From assembly GCA_002269645.1 (NCBI GenBank), contig NIVC01003179.1, positions 1 to 64,000 on the forward strand: a stretch of DNA of 64,000 bases, read 5' to 3'. A model generated the notes under the pieces. It was not told the DNA's origin. It saw only the letters and a list, made by a program, of their open reading frames with translations, and did no database searches. Positions 61,361 to 64,000 of this stretch are shown in pieces. The DNA is from Macrostomum lignano. Lineage: Eukaryota. Both the position numbers and the translations under genes were made by a program. Position 1 is the stretch's first letter; every line of letters begins with the position of its first letter.

Positions 61361-64000
61361 GCCTGCTATCCTAGCTGCCCCTACTATACCATGAATAATT
61401 AGGCATTGAAATGGTCATTGCATGGCATGCCTGCTATCCTAGCTGCCCCTACTATATTTGGAACCTAATAGTCATTGCCAACTAAATATTTGCATACTTA
61501 TAATAAGACAAGTAATAGATGTAAAGTTTAGATATGCTAAACTTAAACTGCCTTTTACTAATATTTTGAAATGCAATAATTTTTTGCCTTTTACAACCTA
61601 TATTGCACAGACAGCTAGTTATAGTTACAAAATAGATTTATGCTTAGAAAAACTTAACAATTTCATTGTTCTATAATGCATCATAAATATTAACATTAAA
61701 AAGGAATACCAAAAATCATAATATTAGAGTTAGATAATAGATACTATTGGACTTTTGTTGCCTCTAATATAATTTTTAACTAGAATTTATTTGTTAAACC
61801 TTATTTGCATATAATTTATTCATTAATCCAAATAATTACTTTAAAAAGTTGGTCAAAATGAATAAAAAAGCAAAGCTATTACATAACAGGCTTTTTAGAT
61901 ATAATTGTCCTTTTTTGTAAAAAAAAATATATTGCACTAGTTAAATAATAAATGATTCTAGTACTTTATATTAATTAGCACCTTGTGTATGTTTGGGATA
62001 ACAATTATTTAAATATAAGAACTACCTTAAAAAGATAATGTTCCAAAACTATAGCATTTCTTGTCAATGTAGCTTTCAAGCAGACATCCCTATTGAAATA
62101 AGTTGACAAAACGCGGACAACCGTCCGTCGCATTTTCGGATTCTCCTGGTGTCGCGTCGCGCGACAGTAGTGTCAAGTGGTATGTCGCGTCGCGCAAAAC
62201 TGGAAACCTAGTGTTGTTATGCGTTGCATCGCGGCCTGGACCTGTAGCCAAAACCTTGCAAACTGTGTTTCATTGTAATATGCTCACGGTTGTTTCTCGG
62301 TATTTAAATGTTTCAAACATGTTTGATAATAACTAGTTCTTGAATTGTTCTTTTTTATTTTGACGGTAAAGTAACTAATACTTCAAATATAATTTTTAGA
62401 AATGTTACTTGTTAGTTACAATGCGTGCGCTATTTTTCTAAGTGTTGTACCTTTGTTGTTTTACTGTTTATTGTTTTTAAATTTCTTTTCTTTTTCCACA
62501 AAATTGAAAGGAATACTCTTGTCCCTTGCCCCATGGTCTCGATGTCGGGAGTGATGTCGGGAGTGAACGGCAATTGTCAATTGCAACGTGGCTGCTGTGG
62601 TGTCCCCCCCCCTGGTCATTCGGTCAATAGACATTGGTGTTGCGTCGCACATTGCCGCCCTTCAGTCAACAAAATTTGGTGTTGCGTCACACTTTTGAGG
62701 GCACAATTTTAGCACCCGTGTCACACGTCCGCAGGTTTTTGAAACTTATTCCAATAAGGGCAGACGTGGAACTATCCATCTTTTTTTATAAATGATTTTT
62801 ATACTTGGAACTAAAAAACTATTTTAGTTTTGAAAGTTGATCATTTAAATACAAAAATTGCCTTAAAATGATTTTATAATATATTCCCAAACTGTCTACA
62901 GCATTTTTTGTCTTCAGTGCATCATTCAAGAGGCCTCTAGTTTCACTTTATATATAATAGAAAGAGAACTGTTTAAAGAGAATTAAGAGAGGTTGCAAAG
63001 CAAATGTAGATTGCATCATCCCTTTATTTTTAGATGATCATTTTAATGCTACTTTTATATGCAAATGATTATTAAGCAAAAGTAAAATATTTACATTTGC
63101 AGAATACTAATTGTTTGCTAGAAAAGTAGAAAAAATTATAAAAAGTTTTAATATTTTTTTTATAATTTTGGAATGCAATCATATTAGAAGAAAATTTTTA
63201 TTAAAATATTTGCTTTACAAAACTAAATTCTATATATATATATAGGATGACTATATATATAAATAATATAAAACAATATAAAAAGGCATGATCATATAAA
63301 AGTCACTTTGGCTTTTATAGTTTTGGAACACAATTATTCTTTTATAAAAGTTTCATTGAAATGATTGCCTTCCAAAACTAAATTAAATATAAAAAGGTTA
63401 ATTATTTTAATGAAGTTTTTTTAATTTAAATAAAAATTATAGTTTTTTAATTTGAACAGAGAAACTTCAATGATGATTGTCTATTGAAATTAGTGAGATA
63501 AGCAATGATTGTTAGTTAACCAAAAGATTGCCTATTAAAAAATAACTTAATTAAGCTTTTTGAAATTAATTTGATACTTAGGCCTAATATTTTTTCTTTA
63601 CTTTTAAACTAAAATATAACTTTATTGAAATTCAAACTGATATGTTAGTGTATTATTATCACTAATTTATTGTACTTTTATCATATTTATCTTTTGTACC
63701 TTAAGGCTTAATTGACTTATCTTGTTTAAATATTTTTTTTCAATTGGGAAGTAATTATCTATTTAAATAAATAGACAATATTTATAGGGTCTATTTGTCT
63801 ATACAAGTAATTATTTATTTTGTTTTATTAAAAAAATACACTTAATCAATAGATATTATATTATACTATTATAATATAATTTACTAGATTTTAAAACTTA
63901 TGGCTGCATAATAGACAACAAGCTCTACAAATGAAAAACATATTTTTATGCTAAGATTAAGACTAAGACTAGAGTTAGAGTTTAACTATTAATTCTAAGC

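Noticed and set aside
62100-62740. GTCGCGTCGC-rich island, possibly a transposon
   Set aside because: There is no convincing TIR pair, TSD or ORF.

Overview
Eukaryotic (metazoan) genomic DNA with spliceosomal introns. GC-rich compact exons sit in AT-rich, repeat-dense spacers. The gene content and the many short satellites suggest a free-living flatworm such as Macrostomum (inference only). Host genes supported: the frameshifted 3' end of a Slo1/BK channel, Ubc9 (2 exons), a divergent mitochondrial-type SSB, a 4-exon coiled-coil + death-domain gene, MCTP (3 exons, predicted GC-AG intron), a secreted orphan protein, PMS1, a universal stress protein, and an IGF2BP/IMP-like RRM-KH gene with a 24-nt microexon. 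Mobile DNA: a decayed LOA/R1-type LINE (APE-RT-RNase H) split by a CACTA/EnSpm-like element, an internally deleted Crypton, a young pol-less Gypsy-type LTR element nested in a small TIR element and carrying an intact accessory ORF with its own TATA box, hAT and Kolobok-type MITEs, and two tRNA-derived SINE families. There are about a dozen unrelated tandem arrays, one of which appears to derive from a SINE and carries two telomeric hexamers per unit. No CRISPR array, rRNA or intact tRNA gene was found. Exon structures and repeat boundaries were worked out by hand, and no database searches were run.
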